64,000 bases of DNA from Octopus sinensis (GCF_006345805.1 NC_043009.1:9920001-9984000); one strand, 5' to 3'; shown: positions 49,154 through 63,089, counted from the stretch's first letter. The notes: a model not told the origin generated them from the letters alone. Program-made: numbers and translations.

Positions 49154-49525
49154 CATCATCATTTTAGCATCCACTTTTTCATACTTGCATGGATTGGAAG
49201 GAGTCAGAGGTAGATTTTCTATGACTGAATGCTCTTCATGTTGCTAACTCTTACATGTTTCCCAGCAAAGTAATATTTTCCCATATTTTCATAGAAGGCT
49301 GGAAATGAACAACTTTGCTTTTATGATGATACCCAATTATAACCAATGTGTGATGTCAAGACGAGTACACACACACACACATATACTTATATGTTTATAT
49401 GATGATTGGTGATTGTCTTATTCTGTCAAATGACAGCTGTCTCACATTCAGCCTGATCTGATTTACTTTCATCCTTGCATGCCTGTGGATATGGTTTCCA
49501 GGCCAGCTGAGACATCTGTTTGTCA

Positions 49526-49901
49526 TCTCTCTATATATAAACGGCAAAATGTGTGTGTGTGTGTGTGTGTGCATGTCCTTTATACAAATCCACAATTTTT
49601 CAGTTAGAGGGCTCGCACTTTCTATGGTCATTCAAAACTGTCCAAGGGTGGTGTGCACATCTTTACATTTCCCCAGTCACCCCGCAAAGCCATTAAAAAA
49701 TCAATAGAAGTTACTGTTTTTATGAATTTTCTATCCAAAGCCCAATCAAAATACCCGAAACTTGATACGCCAATTGAATGCCAGCAGGCTGTATGTGATC
49801 GGTCGGAGATTTGGACAGTACTCGCGTAGATGTGCGTACGCACGCAGCTGTATATGCATGCACTAGCACTATGACCCGGCATTGCTGGGTCACAGTGCTA
49901 G
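49526..49901 (+). mobile_element. Non-autonomous Helitron
   Basis: 5' A|TCTCTCTATATATAAA; 3' hairpin TAGCACTATGACCCGGC-ATT-GCTGGGTCACAGTGCTA and CTAG|T end; no TSD; second copy at 58298-58675. Confidence 0.85.
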
Positions 49902-50257
49902 TTGAATTTAAATGACAAAAGCTTGTACTACACTTATGCCAGTCTCTCATAGTTCCTGTGACAAGCAATGCAAGACGACTGCCACTATTTCCATTTTAAC
50001 TGAATATGATATTAAACTGCGTCTAGTGGGGGGTATGGAGTCAATGCTTAATTACCATTACTCTCAGGTCTATCCTGACTGAGAATGGTAATACCTGTGA
50101 GGATCTCTCTCTCTCTCTCTCTCTTTCCCTCTCTCAATCAATAAATCAAACAAATAGATTTCTCAGGAGTAGAGAAGACTCCCATTTTTTTTCACAATGG
50201 TGTAGGGAAGGCAGCTCTTTCTGGAGAAAGATATTCTGACAAAACTTGCAACCTATA

Positions 50258-50288
<31 letters not shown>

Positions 50289-50583
50289 TGTAATAGGCTT
50301 CTTTTAGTTTCTGTCTAACAAATGCCCTCAGAAGGCTTTGGTCAGCTCTAGGGCACTTTAGAAGGTACTTGCCTGAGATACTGGTTCATCACCCAGCCAC
50401 TTTTGAACCAATATATATAGTGGAGAAATTATATCAAATGTATAAGTTGATGAAGAATAAAACACCGGCACAGCTTCGATTACCTGTTGTTATCCGTAGA
50501 TTTATTGTAGGAACATCATAGCGGTGGTTGAGGTAAGAGTATTAATAAAATAGATGGATGGAATGAGTAAAAGATTTTATTTA

Positions 50584-50625
50584 GTATGACACATGTTTCG
50601 ACCCACTCTGGGTCTCTTCGGATAC
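50584..50625 (-). ncRNA. Type I minimal hammerhead ribozyme, U4C core variant
   Basis: Minus strand reads GTAT-CCGAAGA-GACCC(AGAGT)GGGTC-GAAA-CATGTG-TC-ATAC; all three stems pair. Confidence 0.6.
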
Positions 50626-51077
50626 ATAAATAAATAAAAAAAATAAAAAGTTTCACCAGAGATTTTCTGACTTGGTTTTACATACCGCTATATGTCCATC
50701 AACTTTGGAGAATGAGAAAAAAAAAAAAACAGAGAAAAATTGAAATGTGAAAAATTCAAATATGAATGTGAAAATTATACATTCCAGTTTAGAGAAAATG
50801 ACATAATGAGGCATTGCTGTTGTAATTGTTAAGAGAAAGAAAAGGAAGTCGGAGTTGAAAGGAAGATAATAGACGAAAATATTTTTGTATTCGTGCTTAG
50901 ATTGACATATAAATACGAGACTAGAAAAACAGCCAACAACAGATGAAGGGTTGTTCTTTATGCTGTTTGTTTTGTTTTCCATTTGTGTCTTTCGTTGTTC
51001 AAAAGAATAGTTCATGTTCCATGTACTCAGGTTTCGGATTTTTTTGTTGTACACGTTTGATGACGTCCTGTGCCCAC

Positions 51078-52222
<1,145 letters not shown>

Positions 52223-52307
52223 AATGGCGGTGCCCCAGCATGGCCACAGCTCATTAGCTGAAACTGGAAAAATCAAAATCAAATATATATATATATATAT
52301 ATATATA

Positions 52308-52438
52308 CTTTATTTAAAGCAGCAGAAAATTCAACAAAACCTGTTACTCTGAGTTTCACGTTCCCGTTCGTTTGACAGTTTTTGCTGTGAAACTCAGAGT
52401 AACAGGTTTTGTTGAATTTTCTGCTGCTTTAAATAAAG
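52308..52438. repeat. Perfect 52-bp inverted repeat with 27-nt spacer (Penelope-type inverted end)
   Basis: 52308-52359 is the exact reverse complement of 52387-52438. Confidence 0.9.
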
Positions 52439-52507
52439 CATATTACTCTACCACTGGTATTTGAGTACTCTTTTTTCCACCTTGTTTCACATTTATGTGT
52501 TTACTCC

Positions 52508-52587
<80 letters not shown>

Positions 52588-53039
52588 TATATAGATCTAG
52601 ATTGCAAGATCATATGTCCAATACAAGTTATTCAAATATTGTTCCTCAAGTTCATGTGTATTAAGAGTTGTGGGCGCCGTGTATATATGAAGTTATGTAT
52701 GGTCTGGATTGTAGTATGTAAATGTGTGTTTAGCTGTGTGTAGGCATCTGGCTAATTGTTCAGTGAATTTATTTATAATGCGCTCCTTTGTCTACATTAT
52801 CAAGATTGACTCCTCGGAGCATTATTGGCATTTGCGGGATACAATGTTGTAGGGACTCACGTGTTTAAGTATGGATCATGTAAGGTCGCATTTTGTCTTT
52901 GCTTCCTTAAGCCACCAGATAAAATAATAATGTAATTGACTTAATCCGTTTGTCCTTGTTTGTCCCCTCTGTGTGTAGCCCCCTTGTGGGCAGTAAAGAA
53001 ATAGGAAAATGGTCTTGCTTGTTATGTGGAAAAGGAGTA

Positions 53040-53665
53040 GGTAGGAATTCTGTATGGTATACCCAGTGTAAACTGGATGCTTAGGAATTGAGGTACAATC
53101 ACAGGTAAGTTATCAGAAAAAGTAAACTTCACATATAACAAGTGTACTGGAGCAATAAGTACAAAGAGCACTTGTAAAATAGACCCTCTACAATGGCCTG
53201 GTAGTTCTCTAATAGTTGATGGCTCCTGTTACCTAGGAGACCTAATTAGCAGTAAGTAGGTATTTTGAGAGCATCATAGCCAGAGTAAGAACTGATTGGA
53301 AAAAGTTCTGGGAGCTGTTACCTCTGCTGGCAACAAGAGGCTTCTCCCTCTGAGCGAAGGGCAGATTCTACGGCAGTTATTTGTGATACAAATGAGATAA
53401 GCAAACTGAACATAAGAGTAATCTGGTGTAGAATGCAAGAGAGAAGACTACATTGGTAGTGGAGTGCAATGCATATTGAGGAGGACAGCTGTGTAATGAT
53501 GTACTGTGCACTTGATGTAATTGGAACTTGTTGAAGAGAGGTACTAATGAAGGTTTGGGATGAAGTGGTGAAGACAGATCTGAAGCTGTTATATTTCTTG
53601 AAGGAGGTGTGTTGCGTGAGAAAAGACACGCTGGTGGTGTGCTGTATCAGAAAAGACCTACTTTC
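53040..53665 (+). pseudogene. Decayed RTE-clade LINE fragment
   Basis: VDGSCYLGDLISS...ARVRTDWKKFWELLPLLATRGFSL.AKGRFY. Confidence 0.75.
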
Positions 53666-53703
53666 TTGCCCAGATATTGCAAAGCAGAGGTTGAAATTAT
53701 ATA

Positions 53704-54540
53704 TTGGGTCATTCTATAAATAATGCATTTTTTAAAGTCAGAGGGGTACGGATAAACTACATGCATCAACTTGTTATAAAAGCAGATAGTACTTTTACCT
53801 TGTACTTATTCTTAGTGCAAGTTTTGAAGAGTGCCATTCAATTTTAAGTTACTTTTTCAAAGCTATAATGGAAGTGACAAAGGAGCATATTCGGAATATT
53901 TTTGCTTTATGAGTTCAGTAAAGGCAGCAACACAGCGGAAAGTGTGAGGAATATCAATGCAGTATATGGGGATCGGACAATAAGAGTAAGCCAGTATCAA
54001 TGGTGGTTCCAGAAATTCTGAACCAGAAACTATAGCCTAGAAGATGAGCATCATCCTGGAAAATGTGTAGAGCTCGACAAGGATATCCTGCGAATCCTGG
54101 TGGAACAAAATCCCATTGTAACTGTTGAGGAACTAGCAGAGAAGCTTGGATTTGGTCATTCAACCATTCATCGATACCTGTGTGCTATCAGAAAAATCAG
54201 CGAATTAGGTCTATGGTTCCTCACAAACTTTCCGGGTCTAATCGTGCACAGAAAGTGAATGTGTGCTCTTCTTTGCTCTCACATCTTACAAATGAACCTT
54301 TTTTGGACTGAATAGTGATTAGTGATAAGAAATGGGTTCTTTATAAAAATGTCAAGCACCGAAGACAGTGGGTAGAGAAAGGAGAAACACTGGTACCCCA
54401 GGCTGAAGAAAACTTTCACATATGTAAGATGTTGTTATCTGTTTGGTGGGATATAAAAGGTTTAGTTCACTTTGAACTTTTAAACTCAAACCCAATGATA
54501 GCAAAGGAGATCTTCTGCAAGTAGCTTGAGTGGCTTAAGT
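53704..54540 (+). mobile_element. Decayed mariner transposon, 3'-truncated
   Basis: Left end TA|TTGGGTCA...; MEVTKEHIRNILLYEFSKG (ATG 53868); W(V)PHKL; IVISDKKWVLY (DEKW motif). Confidence 0.85.
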
Positions 54541-56398
54541 CAGGCTCTTTATCATTGATAGCAAGGTAAAGTTGTTTGTAGGCACTTTGTGTTGTTGATG
54601 AATGAGAGGACCATTTATAGGTTTCGGATACTAAAACTTCTAAATTCATGGGCAAGCATTCATCACAAGTGTGGGATACTGCCAACTGTAAAGAATGACA
54701 TACACATCTAAATAGAAGAAAGGATGGAACTTCTTTTAATTTCTGGAAAATACCATTGTTGACTCCCATCATTACTCTAGCATTGCTGGTTCCTATAGCC
54801 AGTAAATTTTTTATATCTAATTTCTTTTCCACTAATTCAGTTTTTAAGGCATCTACATCACGTGTTTCTAAAGATACCATACTGAGATATGTATCACATT
54901 TTGTGAGTGTCACTATAATATGTGATAACAATTCCTTACAACATGTTTATTGATATATCATTGGATTCATCTAATAACAGGCTAAATCTTCTATCTCCTA
55001 TATCAGAAATCAAATCACTATCAAAATATGGAGATAGAATATTTCTCACGATATTTGCACATTTTGTACGATGCAACTTCACTTTGGATATAATATCCCT
55101 ATCAGACATATAATTCTTACATAACTCTATTAAGTGATCACAGCTATTAAATGATGAGTGGCAACAAATAAGCATTGCCAAATTTGCTTCAAGCATAGAT
55201 GTCTTATGATATTCGGTTTTGATAAAATTGGTAAGAGGAATCATTTGTTGTGGAGTTGACGCCTTATGTTTATTTGCTTCACAGTGGCTTGCTAAAAGAG
55301 AATATTTTGCCAACATATTACATCTACAATATCTGCAATGTGCTTTAGATTGGTCACTAGGTATTTCACACAACCACTTAGTAAACGCTGGCATCTTAAG
55401 CCATTCCTTTCAGAATTTTTGCTGGTACAACTTTGTTTTTTCTTTGCTCATTATAATGTAGTGGGAAGTAAGAAAATAAATTGAATGATTAATAAAAATA
55501 TAAAATTGAAAACACAACTTATCAGTTTGCTGCTAACAATTCTTTCATTCGTCATTAACGGTTCTAATGTTTGCTGCTTACAAAGTCTTGAGGTGAAGAA
55601 TACTGATTCAGTTTGCAGAGTGGCCAACTTATAAATGGAAAAGTAAAATCTGCAGAAATCCTACAACTGTGTTCTGATATAAACCTGGGAACATCAGATT
55701 TTGCTTCTAATCTTACAATTAATATCTATTGGTAAAACCACAAATATAACTACAATACTTGAAGAAAAAAAAGTAAGTAGAACTATAAAGGGGAGACCCC
55801 CACCACCACTGTAGTTCTACACAAGATAGATAATCCAAAACAAGCATGGACAAACACAGGTCTATTTTAAAACAGTCAAACTGAAAGTAAATCAGTCAAC
55901 CTGTCATGATAAAAAAAACTCTTCGCTACAGAATAAAGCATTGTTAGGACGAATTTTCATGCTTTCATTCTTTGCAACATACTTACATTATTGTGTAGGG
56001 AGTTCAGGTGCTGACATGAGTTATCGGCTCCCCCACCCCCAGCACCACTCTTTATCCAAGCTGGTGGTGGTGGTGGTGGTGGGGCCTGGAAAAGTTCATA
56101 ACTTAAAAAACTTCATTTGAAGTTTCAAGAAAGTGAAAGAAAAATCCAACAACAGCCGAGAGAGTACTAAAATTTGGTTATAAGATACATCAACGAAAGC
56201 AGAAAAGGAGGAAAAAGAAGAAAAATAGGTAACTATTGTGGAAATGTCATGAACAGAGAAAAATGCTAAGTATAATTTTAAACCTGCTATTTTCCCCTGC
56301 TAAATGCTAGATTCAAAAATTTCCTGCTAAACGCTGAAAAAAAAAAACAAAACAAAAATGCTAGATCTAGCATAAAATATGCTAAATTGGCAACGCTG
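54541..56398 (-). mobile_element. hAT-superfamily transposon with disrupted transposase, 3'-truncated
   Basis: ORFs 54936-55394 and 54467-54931: CRYC...H..H zinc finger, LHRTKC, LLLDESNDIS, CVCHSLQLA. Terminal CAGCGTTGCCAA ending at 56398, with subterminal TGCTA repeats. Confidence 0.85.
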
Positions 56399-56597
56399 GG
56401 TTTGAATATTAGACTCGTGATCACAAGATTGTGGTTTCTCACCTGTTCATGACTTTCAGGTGTTTTATCACCTGCTACTTTAAGAGAGTATTTTCCAAAT
56501 TAGCGAATTGCAGCCTGCCAGCATATACATAAGGTATGTGTGGCTAATGATGTTCGTTACACTAGCATTGCTTCTAGTTCATATTTGAATATATATA

Positions 56598-56996
56598 CTC
56601 TCTTTTTACTCTTTTACTTGTTTCAGTCATTTGACTGCGGCCATGCTGGAGCACCACCTTTAGTCGAGCAAATCGACCCCGGGACTTATTCTTTTTGTAA
56701 GCCCAGTACTTATTCTATCAGTCTCTTTTGCCGAACCGCTAAGTGACGGGGACGTAAACACACAAGCATCGGTTGTCAAGCAATGCTAGGGGGACAAACA
56801 CAGACACACAAACACACACACATACATATATATATACATATATACGACAGGCTTCTTTCAGTTTCCGTCTACAAAATCCACTCACAAGGCATTGGTCGGC
56901 CCGGGGCTATAGCAGAAGACACTTGCCCAAGATGCCACACAGTGGGACTGAACCCAGAACCATGTGGTTGTTTAGCAAGCTACTTACCACACAGCC
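56598..56996 (-). mobile_element. SINE family A, full length
   Basis: Match to the family consensus. Confidence 0.85.
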
Positions 56997-56997
56997 A

Positions 56998-57171
56998 AAA
57001 ATTCTATAATTATACGCATAATTATAATTAGGGTTCAGCAAAAATTGCTTCACTACATACCGAAATTTAGAAATAGCAGTTAAATACTATTCCACTACCA
57101 TACGATATCTCCCAGACAAGCAATTTTTGCTGAACTCTAATTATAATTATGCTTATAATTAGAGAAATTTT
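56998..57171. mobile_element. AT-rich MITE/foldback with ~53-bp arms
   Basis: 56998-57050 versus 57118-57171. Confidence 0.75.
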
Positions 57172-57283
57172 GTGTAAGGTTACCGATAATGGTTCTTTTA
57201 ACATACTGCACTACTTGGTAAAATTATTAATTATTAATTGATTAATTAATTTTATCTTTATTATTATTGATATTATATTAATG

Positions 57284-57341
<58 letters not shown>

Positions 57342-57345
<4 letters not shown>

Positions 57346-57652
57346 TGTGATCACCGTGACCGACCAGGCTATCAGATGTTGTTACACATCGCTGGTCACA
57401 ATGCGCTTTGCATTGTTTTAGCCTTCAAATGACACCACCCCGCTGGCTAAGCGAGCAGGCCAACAGAAGAAAGAATGAGAGAGAGTTGTGGTGAAAGAGT
57501 ACAGCAGGGATCGCCACCACCCCCTGCCGGAGCCTCGTGGAGCTTTAGGTGTTTTCGCTCAATAAACACTCACAGCGCCTGGTCTGGGAATCAAAACCAC
57601 AGTCATACAACTGCGAGTCTGCTGCCCTAACCACTGGGCCAGTGCGCCTCCA
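57342..57652 (-). mobile_element. SINE family C variant
   Basis: The head half matches 18839-19190. Confidence 0.75.
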
Positions 57653-58114
57653 CACACACATATATATATATATATCAGAGACATGCTGCCTGGGTAGGCA
57701 AGGTAGGCAGTGCCTACCCTGAATAAAATAGATCGATAGTAACATTTTCCTTTTATGGCAAAATATGTACCTAATTCAATAAAATTTTGAAGGTTATGCT
57801 GATTACACTGCATAAAATGCAAAATGTTTTATTTCTTTGTAGATTAGGTGGGAATAATTTGCCCCTTCTTTTCAATCTCAGTATCAAAGCTACACATAAT
57901 ACTGTGTACATAGCAATGTAGATGTGTTGTGTACTTTCCTATGACAATGTTTTCTTTACATGCTATAAAGGCAGAAGTAAATTTGCCTCCAACTTAGTTG
58001 TGTGCCTAGGTTTCACTTATTTTTTTATGTGTTTTACTATGTAAATGTCACCAATTGCCCACCCTGAGTAATTACTGATGGCACATGCCTGATATATATA
58101 CACTCACACACACA

Positions 58115-58280
58115 CATGATGGGTTTCTTTCAGTTTCTCCATAACCAAATCCATTCACAAGGCTTTGGTTGGTGTTGATCCAGAGCTATAGTAGAAGACA
58201 CTTGCTCAAGGTGCTGCAAACTGGGACTGAACCCAAGGCCATGTGATTGGAAAGCAATCTCCTCAATCATGCAGCCACAC
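58115..58280 (-). mobile_element. SINE family A head half, diverged
   Basis: Degenerate match to the consensus. Confidence 0.6.
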
Positions 58281-58297
58281 TTGTGTTTATAACTAAA

Positions 58298-58675
58298 CTA
58301 GCACAATGACCTGGCAACGCCAGGTCATCTCTGACCAATCACATACACGCATACACACGAGAGAGTATTGCGCACATACATGCGAGTACTGTCCAAATCT
58401 CCGACCAATCACATACAGCTAGCTGGCATTCAATTGGTGTATCAAGTTTCGGACATTTTGATTGGGTTTTGGATAGAAAATTCACAAAAAAGTCACTTCT
58501 ATTGATTCTTTAATGGCTTTGCGGGGTGGCTGGTGAAATGTAAAGATGTGCACGACCACCCTTGGACGGTTTTGAATGACCATAGAAAGTGTGAGCCCTC
58601 TAACTGAAAAATTGTGGATTTGTATAAAGGACACACACACACAGACAGACATTTTGCCGTTTATATATAGAGAGA
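58298..58675 (-). mobile_element. Non-autonomous Helitron, second copy
   Basis: Reverse-complement match to 49526-49901; A|TC...CTAG|T on the minus strand. Confidence 0.85.
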
Positions 58676-58815
58676 TAAAAAAATTACTATGGATGTTTAT
58701 CCACTACGTGCAGTAACAGAAATGAATATTGGGAAATAAGAATATACCAAGGTTCAGGAAGCTGAGTTTTGGAAGATGGGACTAGACACTGTTAGTTACC
58801 CATCTCCATGGTCTG

Positions 58816-59437
58816 AAAATTGAGGAAATGCCCATACCCCTGTGTACTTCCCACTAAATCCCCATTTATAATATAAGGATAAAGATCATTCCAAAGTTAT
58901 ACAGACTTACTTGGGTCAGTTTCCTGGTTCCTGCGATACATATATTCCCTTCTGGACAGGATGCTGGTTCAAAAGTGGCAGATAAATGGAAAAAATATAA
59001 TCAATAGAGATATTTTTTTTGCAAAGAAACTTAAAAGTTTGGCTTGTGGGAACTTGTAGGTCACGTGTCATGAACGTATTATTTTTTCTCTCCGCTTTTA
59101 TGAATTTCAATGATGGAAATAGGGGTAATGGTGGGGGTGGAGGCGTGTAGCTTAGTGGTTAAAGTGTTGGACTCATGGTCGCAAGATCGTGGTTTCAATT
59201 CATGGACTGGGCAACAGATTGTGTCCTTGAGCAAAATACTTCATTTCACATTATTCTAGTCTGCTTAGCTGGTCAAAATGCGACAGACCAGCGTCCGGTC
59301 CAGGGGTGATATATGTATCATGGAAACCAGGAAACTCACCCTGTAAGTCTGTATGACTTTGGAATGATCTTTATCCTTATATTATAAATAGGGGTTTGGT
59401 GGGGAGTACACAGGAGTATGGGCATTTCCCTAATTTT
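58816..59437. repeat. Inverted duplication with ~155-bp arms that include a SINE tail
   Basis: 58816-58970 versus 59286-59437. Confidence 0.8.
59138..59375 (+). mobile_element. SINE family C (CORE-like plus V-domain-like segment)
   Basis: tRNA-like head; TGTGTCCTTGAGCAAAATACTT; GACAGACCAGCGTCCGGTCCAGGGG. Confidence 0.65.
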
Positions 59438-59440
59438 ACC

Positions 59441-59635
59441 CCAATGGACGTCATTGATTGGTTGAAATTGCAGTAATTGAAGAAAACAACAAATATCTTA
59501 CAAACTATAGAATTTTCTCAATAAAGCCAAGAAAAAAAGATGTTTTATAAACACATTCTACCAGTATACGAAGTTTAAAATTTTTTAGTTACAAAGAAAT
59601 TATTTTAAAAACTGCCGTTCAAACCGAAAAGATCC
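59441..59635. mobile_element. GGATC-MITE, one end only
   Basis: Ends AAACTGCCGTTCAAACCGAAAAGATCC. Confidence 0.85.
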
Positions 59636-59990
59636 CAAATAAGAAAACGGAGAAACAAATTTAGTTTCTTCATCAACTTTCGGATATTATAATGTTGGAT
59701 TATTTATTCATTTAACAAAACGAGAAAATCAAAAGCATACAAATATATCCTATAATTCAATACATATAAGATATAAGGTAAGAATACAAGTTATAAAAGT
59801 CATGATTTCATTAATTTATATTATGATTTTTATAATTTGTATTCTTATCTTATATCTTATATGTATTGAATTATAAGATATATATGTATAATATTGATGT
59901 TCTCATTTTGTTAAATGAATAAATAATCCAACATTCTTATAACCGAAAGTTGATGAACAAACCAAATTTGTTTCTCCATTTTCTTATTTG
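59636..59990. mobile_element. AT-rich foldback (~170-bp arms, ~15-nt loop)
   Basis: 59636-59805 versus 59821-59990, imperfect reverse complements. Confidence 0.85.
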
Positions 59991-60381
59991 TATTATAAAT
60001 TTACGTTAAAAATATTTCTTTACCTTCACCCATTTAATACAATAAATGAGCTAATTGCATTGCAATTAAAAACATTAATGTATTAAGAATCTGGGTACTT
60101 TACCAACAGCATATTGGATAAATGCTATCCCGTAGTGGGTTACACCCATAACCCCTATCATTGTCTACTATATATATATATTTATATATATATATATATT
60201 CATATAATAGTGGGAAATATTACTTTTTTAGGAAACAGGTGAGTGTTGGTGACAGGTAGAGCAGTTGGTTGTTTATTATAACATTAAATTTGATTCTGGA
60301 TGTTAAGAAAAATTTGTAGGAGCACTATTGTTCTCCACGTGTGCCACAGGTCACATTTGAGTTTTTTTCAAAGGACAGTGT

Positions 60382-60677
60382 ACGTGGAGGCACATGGCCT
60401 AGTGGTTGGAGCAGCGGACTCGCGGTTGAGGGATTGCGGGTTCGGATCTCAAACTGGGCGATGTGTGTGTTTATGAGCGAAACACCTGAGCTCCATGCGG
60501 CTCCGGCAGAAGGTAATGGCGAAACTACTGCTGACTCTTTCGCCACAACTTTCTCTCACTCTTTCCTCCTGCATCTTGCAGCTCACCTGCGACGGACCGG
60601 CGCCCCGTCCAGGTGGGGAACCTATACGCCAAGGAAACCGGCCCTTATGAGCCAAGCATGTCTCGGGAAGGAACAAA
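60382..60677 (+). mobile_element. SINE family C variant (V-domain-like) with 13-bp TSD
   Basis: CAAAGGACAGTGT at 60369-60381 and 60678-60690; CCTGCGACGGACCGGCGCCCCGTCCAGG segment. Confidence 0.85.
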
Positions 60678-61254
60678 CAAAGGACAGTGTGGCAAGTGAT
60701 CAGAGCTGAAGTACTTTTAATCCTGATTAGAAACTCATATCTTTTGAATTTTTAGTTGTCTTAGATCTTATGTAAAGCACATTTGAGGTCAAGATTTGTC
60801 AGTAGCGCTGGGTTTGCCATTAAGCAAAATAATCATGTGCTTAGGGCATCAAAAGAAGTGGGGGGGATGGAGGAGGGCACCCCAGAACTGGTAAAGAAAT
60901 AACTTCAAACGTGCTAAAATGATATTCAAAGTGATTTATATGACCGGAAATATAATTACCAGATGTCTTATGTAGGATTAATTTTGAGGATCTGACCTAA
61001 GACTTTGCAATTAAGAAAAAAAGGAGAAAACGTTTCAAATATAAATAAAGTGGAAGTATACATAAATAAACATTATTTTCTATCTTATTGTTAATTTCGT
61101 TTCATTTTGAAAAATTTAAATTTATTCTATGGTTTATTATTTATATTTTGAATTGCCTTATATGGGGGTACCAAAATCTTTTATGTGCTTATGGCCTCTA
61201 TGAGCCTGATTATCAGCATAGAATTCTGACACAGATGATATGTGGTATCATGAT

Positions 61255-61489
61255 GTAAGGCAGCGAGCTGGCAGAATCGTTAGCACGCCGGACGAAATGC
61301 TTAGCAGTATTTCGTCTGCCGTTACGTTCTGAGTTCAAATTCCGCCGAGGTTGACTTTGCCTTTCATCCTTTCGGGGTCGATAAATTAAGTACCAGTTGC
61401 GCACTAGAGTCGATGTAATCGATTTAATCCGTTTGTCTGTCCTTGTTTGTCCTCTCTGTGTTTAGCCCCTTGTGGGTAGTAAAGAAATA
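61255..61489 (+). mobile_element. SINE family B, full length
   Basis: Match to 37333-37570. Confidence 0.85.
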
Positions 61490-63089
61490 TATATATACAT
61501 GCACAGGTTAAGCATGATTGTCAGTGTGGTAATCAAAATTTGTTAGTATGCTAAAAAATGGGTGAAATGAAGTTTCATTTTGAACATATGGTCATAGATA
61601 TCAGAAATGGAATATATGCATTAATGGTCAGGTTATAGTAAATTTTATATCTTATTTTTCAGGTGAGGTTTTTTTTGTATTGATTTTACATAATATTTAC
61701 TAGAAGACAGAGGACGGCCAAGATAAAGAGAAACTAATGATTGTAGCTGCAACACCTTTGATCGTAGGTCTGCTCAATAATGCTGATCTATTTACTAAGC
61801 AATAACAGTCATATTTTATTCAAAGCAAAAAAATCCATATTAGAAAGTCAATCGAAAACGAAAATAAAAAAAATTAGTGATCCGATCATTTGCGTATCGA
61901 TTGGCTATGTCTGACCGATAATTTTTTCTTATTTAAAAAAAAAAAATTGCCGAGTTTCTTTTTCACAACTAAATTTATTTGATACACGTAAATTATATTA
62001 CGTTTCGACCGTTTAAGTTATAACAAAGTTCAATGTGTCTTCCATTCGTTGACGATAATGATGATCGAAGAGTATAGAGTACCGAATTATTGATGAAAGA
62101 AAGCTGTCTTCCTTTTGCTTACTTATCTTTCAGTTTCAAAAAATATGAATAATAGTAATGATAATGATTGTGGTGGTTCTGGTAGTAGTAATGTAGTAAT
62201 GCTCTGTTAATAAAGAATAAATTACATGAACCAATTACTGTAAGAGTGGCTTTCATTCATTGGCAATTTGTGAACCATAACTCACAAACCATTTCTAAGA
62301 AGTGCGGATCCAGTAGGAATGCATCTACGAACTTCTTTGGACTTATAAATGACAATTAGTAACCGGCAGTGTCAGCTGATAACTGCAAAGATTAATTGAA
62401 AGCTGACAGTTGAGGGGAAAACCAAGAAAAACTGAAATCTAACGAAAAAGACAAAAACTATTTTGTTTAATTATCACGGTACGCTATAGTTCAGGATCGC
62501 TTCTGCTTAGGCTCTGTCACTCCTTAATCGAATAAATATATGATCGAAGGTGCTCAGGCTAAGGTTGTCCCGTTTTTTTTTTTGTATATCTAGAATTACT
62601 TGTTCAGTGTATACTTCCTTTTATGTTAAAGGAGTAAGGTGCGATTTGAGGGACTCTGAGTGCAACCTTTAGCAAACCGCAAAGAAGCATCTCCGCTGAT
62701 ATTTTCTTCTTTTATTTTTTTATCTCCAGGCCAGAACAATCGAATAAACCAATAATAAAAGATATTTCAAACCCGATCATTAATCAATGCATGTGACTTT
62801 TTTTTTTGTTTTCTAAGATGACAGGGCAGTATATTTGCTGGAATCTGGCTGTTATTTCTAGCAGGCAGAGCGACCGCGTTAAGACAGATAGTGTTTACAA
62901 TGTGACATCGCCTCAGACGGAGCCGACACTTTAGTTTCCATTTCCTTTTATAACACAATAATAAATCAGTTCAGCTTTTGATGTAATTATCCCGTCGAGA
63001 CGAAGACCGATAAATAAAAGTTTAATGAAAGGTGCTACGAAACAGGTTGTACATAACTATGGTGCTCGTTTTGAAAAACAAAGGGGTTA

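Noticed and set aside
60382-60460. tRNA-like A and B boxes here and in other SINE heads
   Set aside because: There is no complete cloverleaf, and they continue into SINE bodies with TSDs. They are not tRNA genes.
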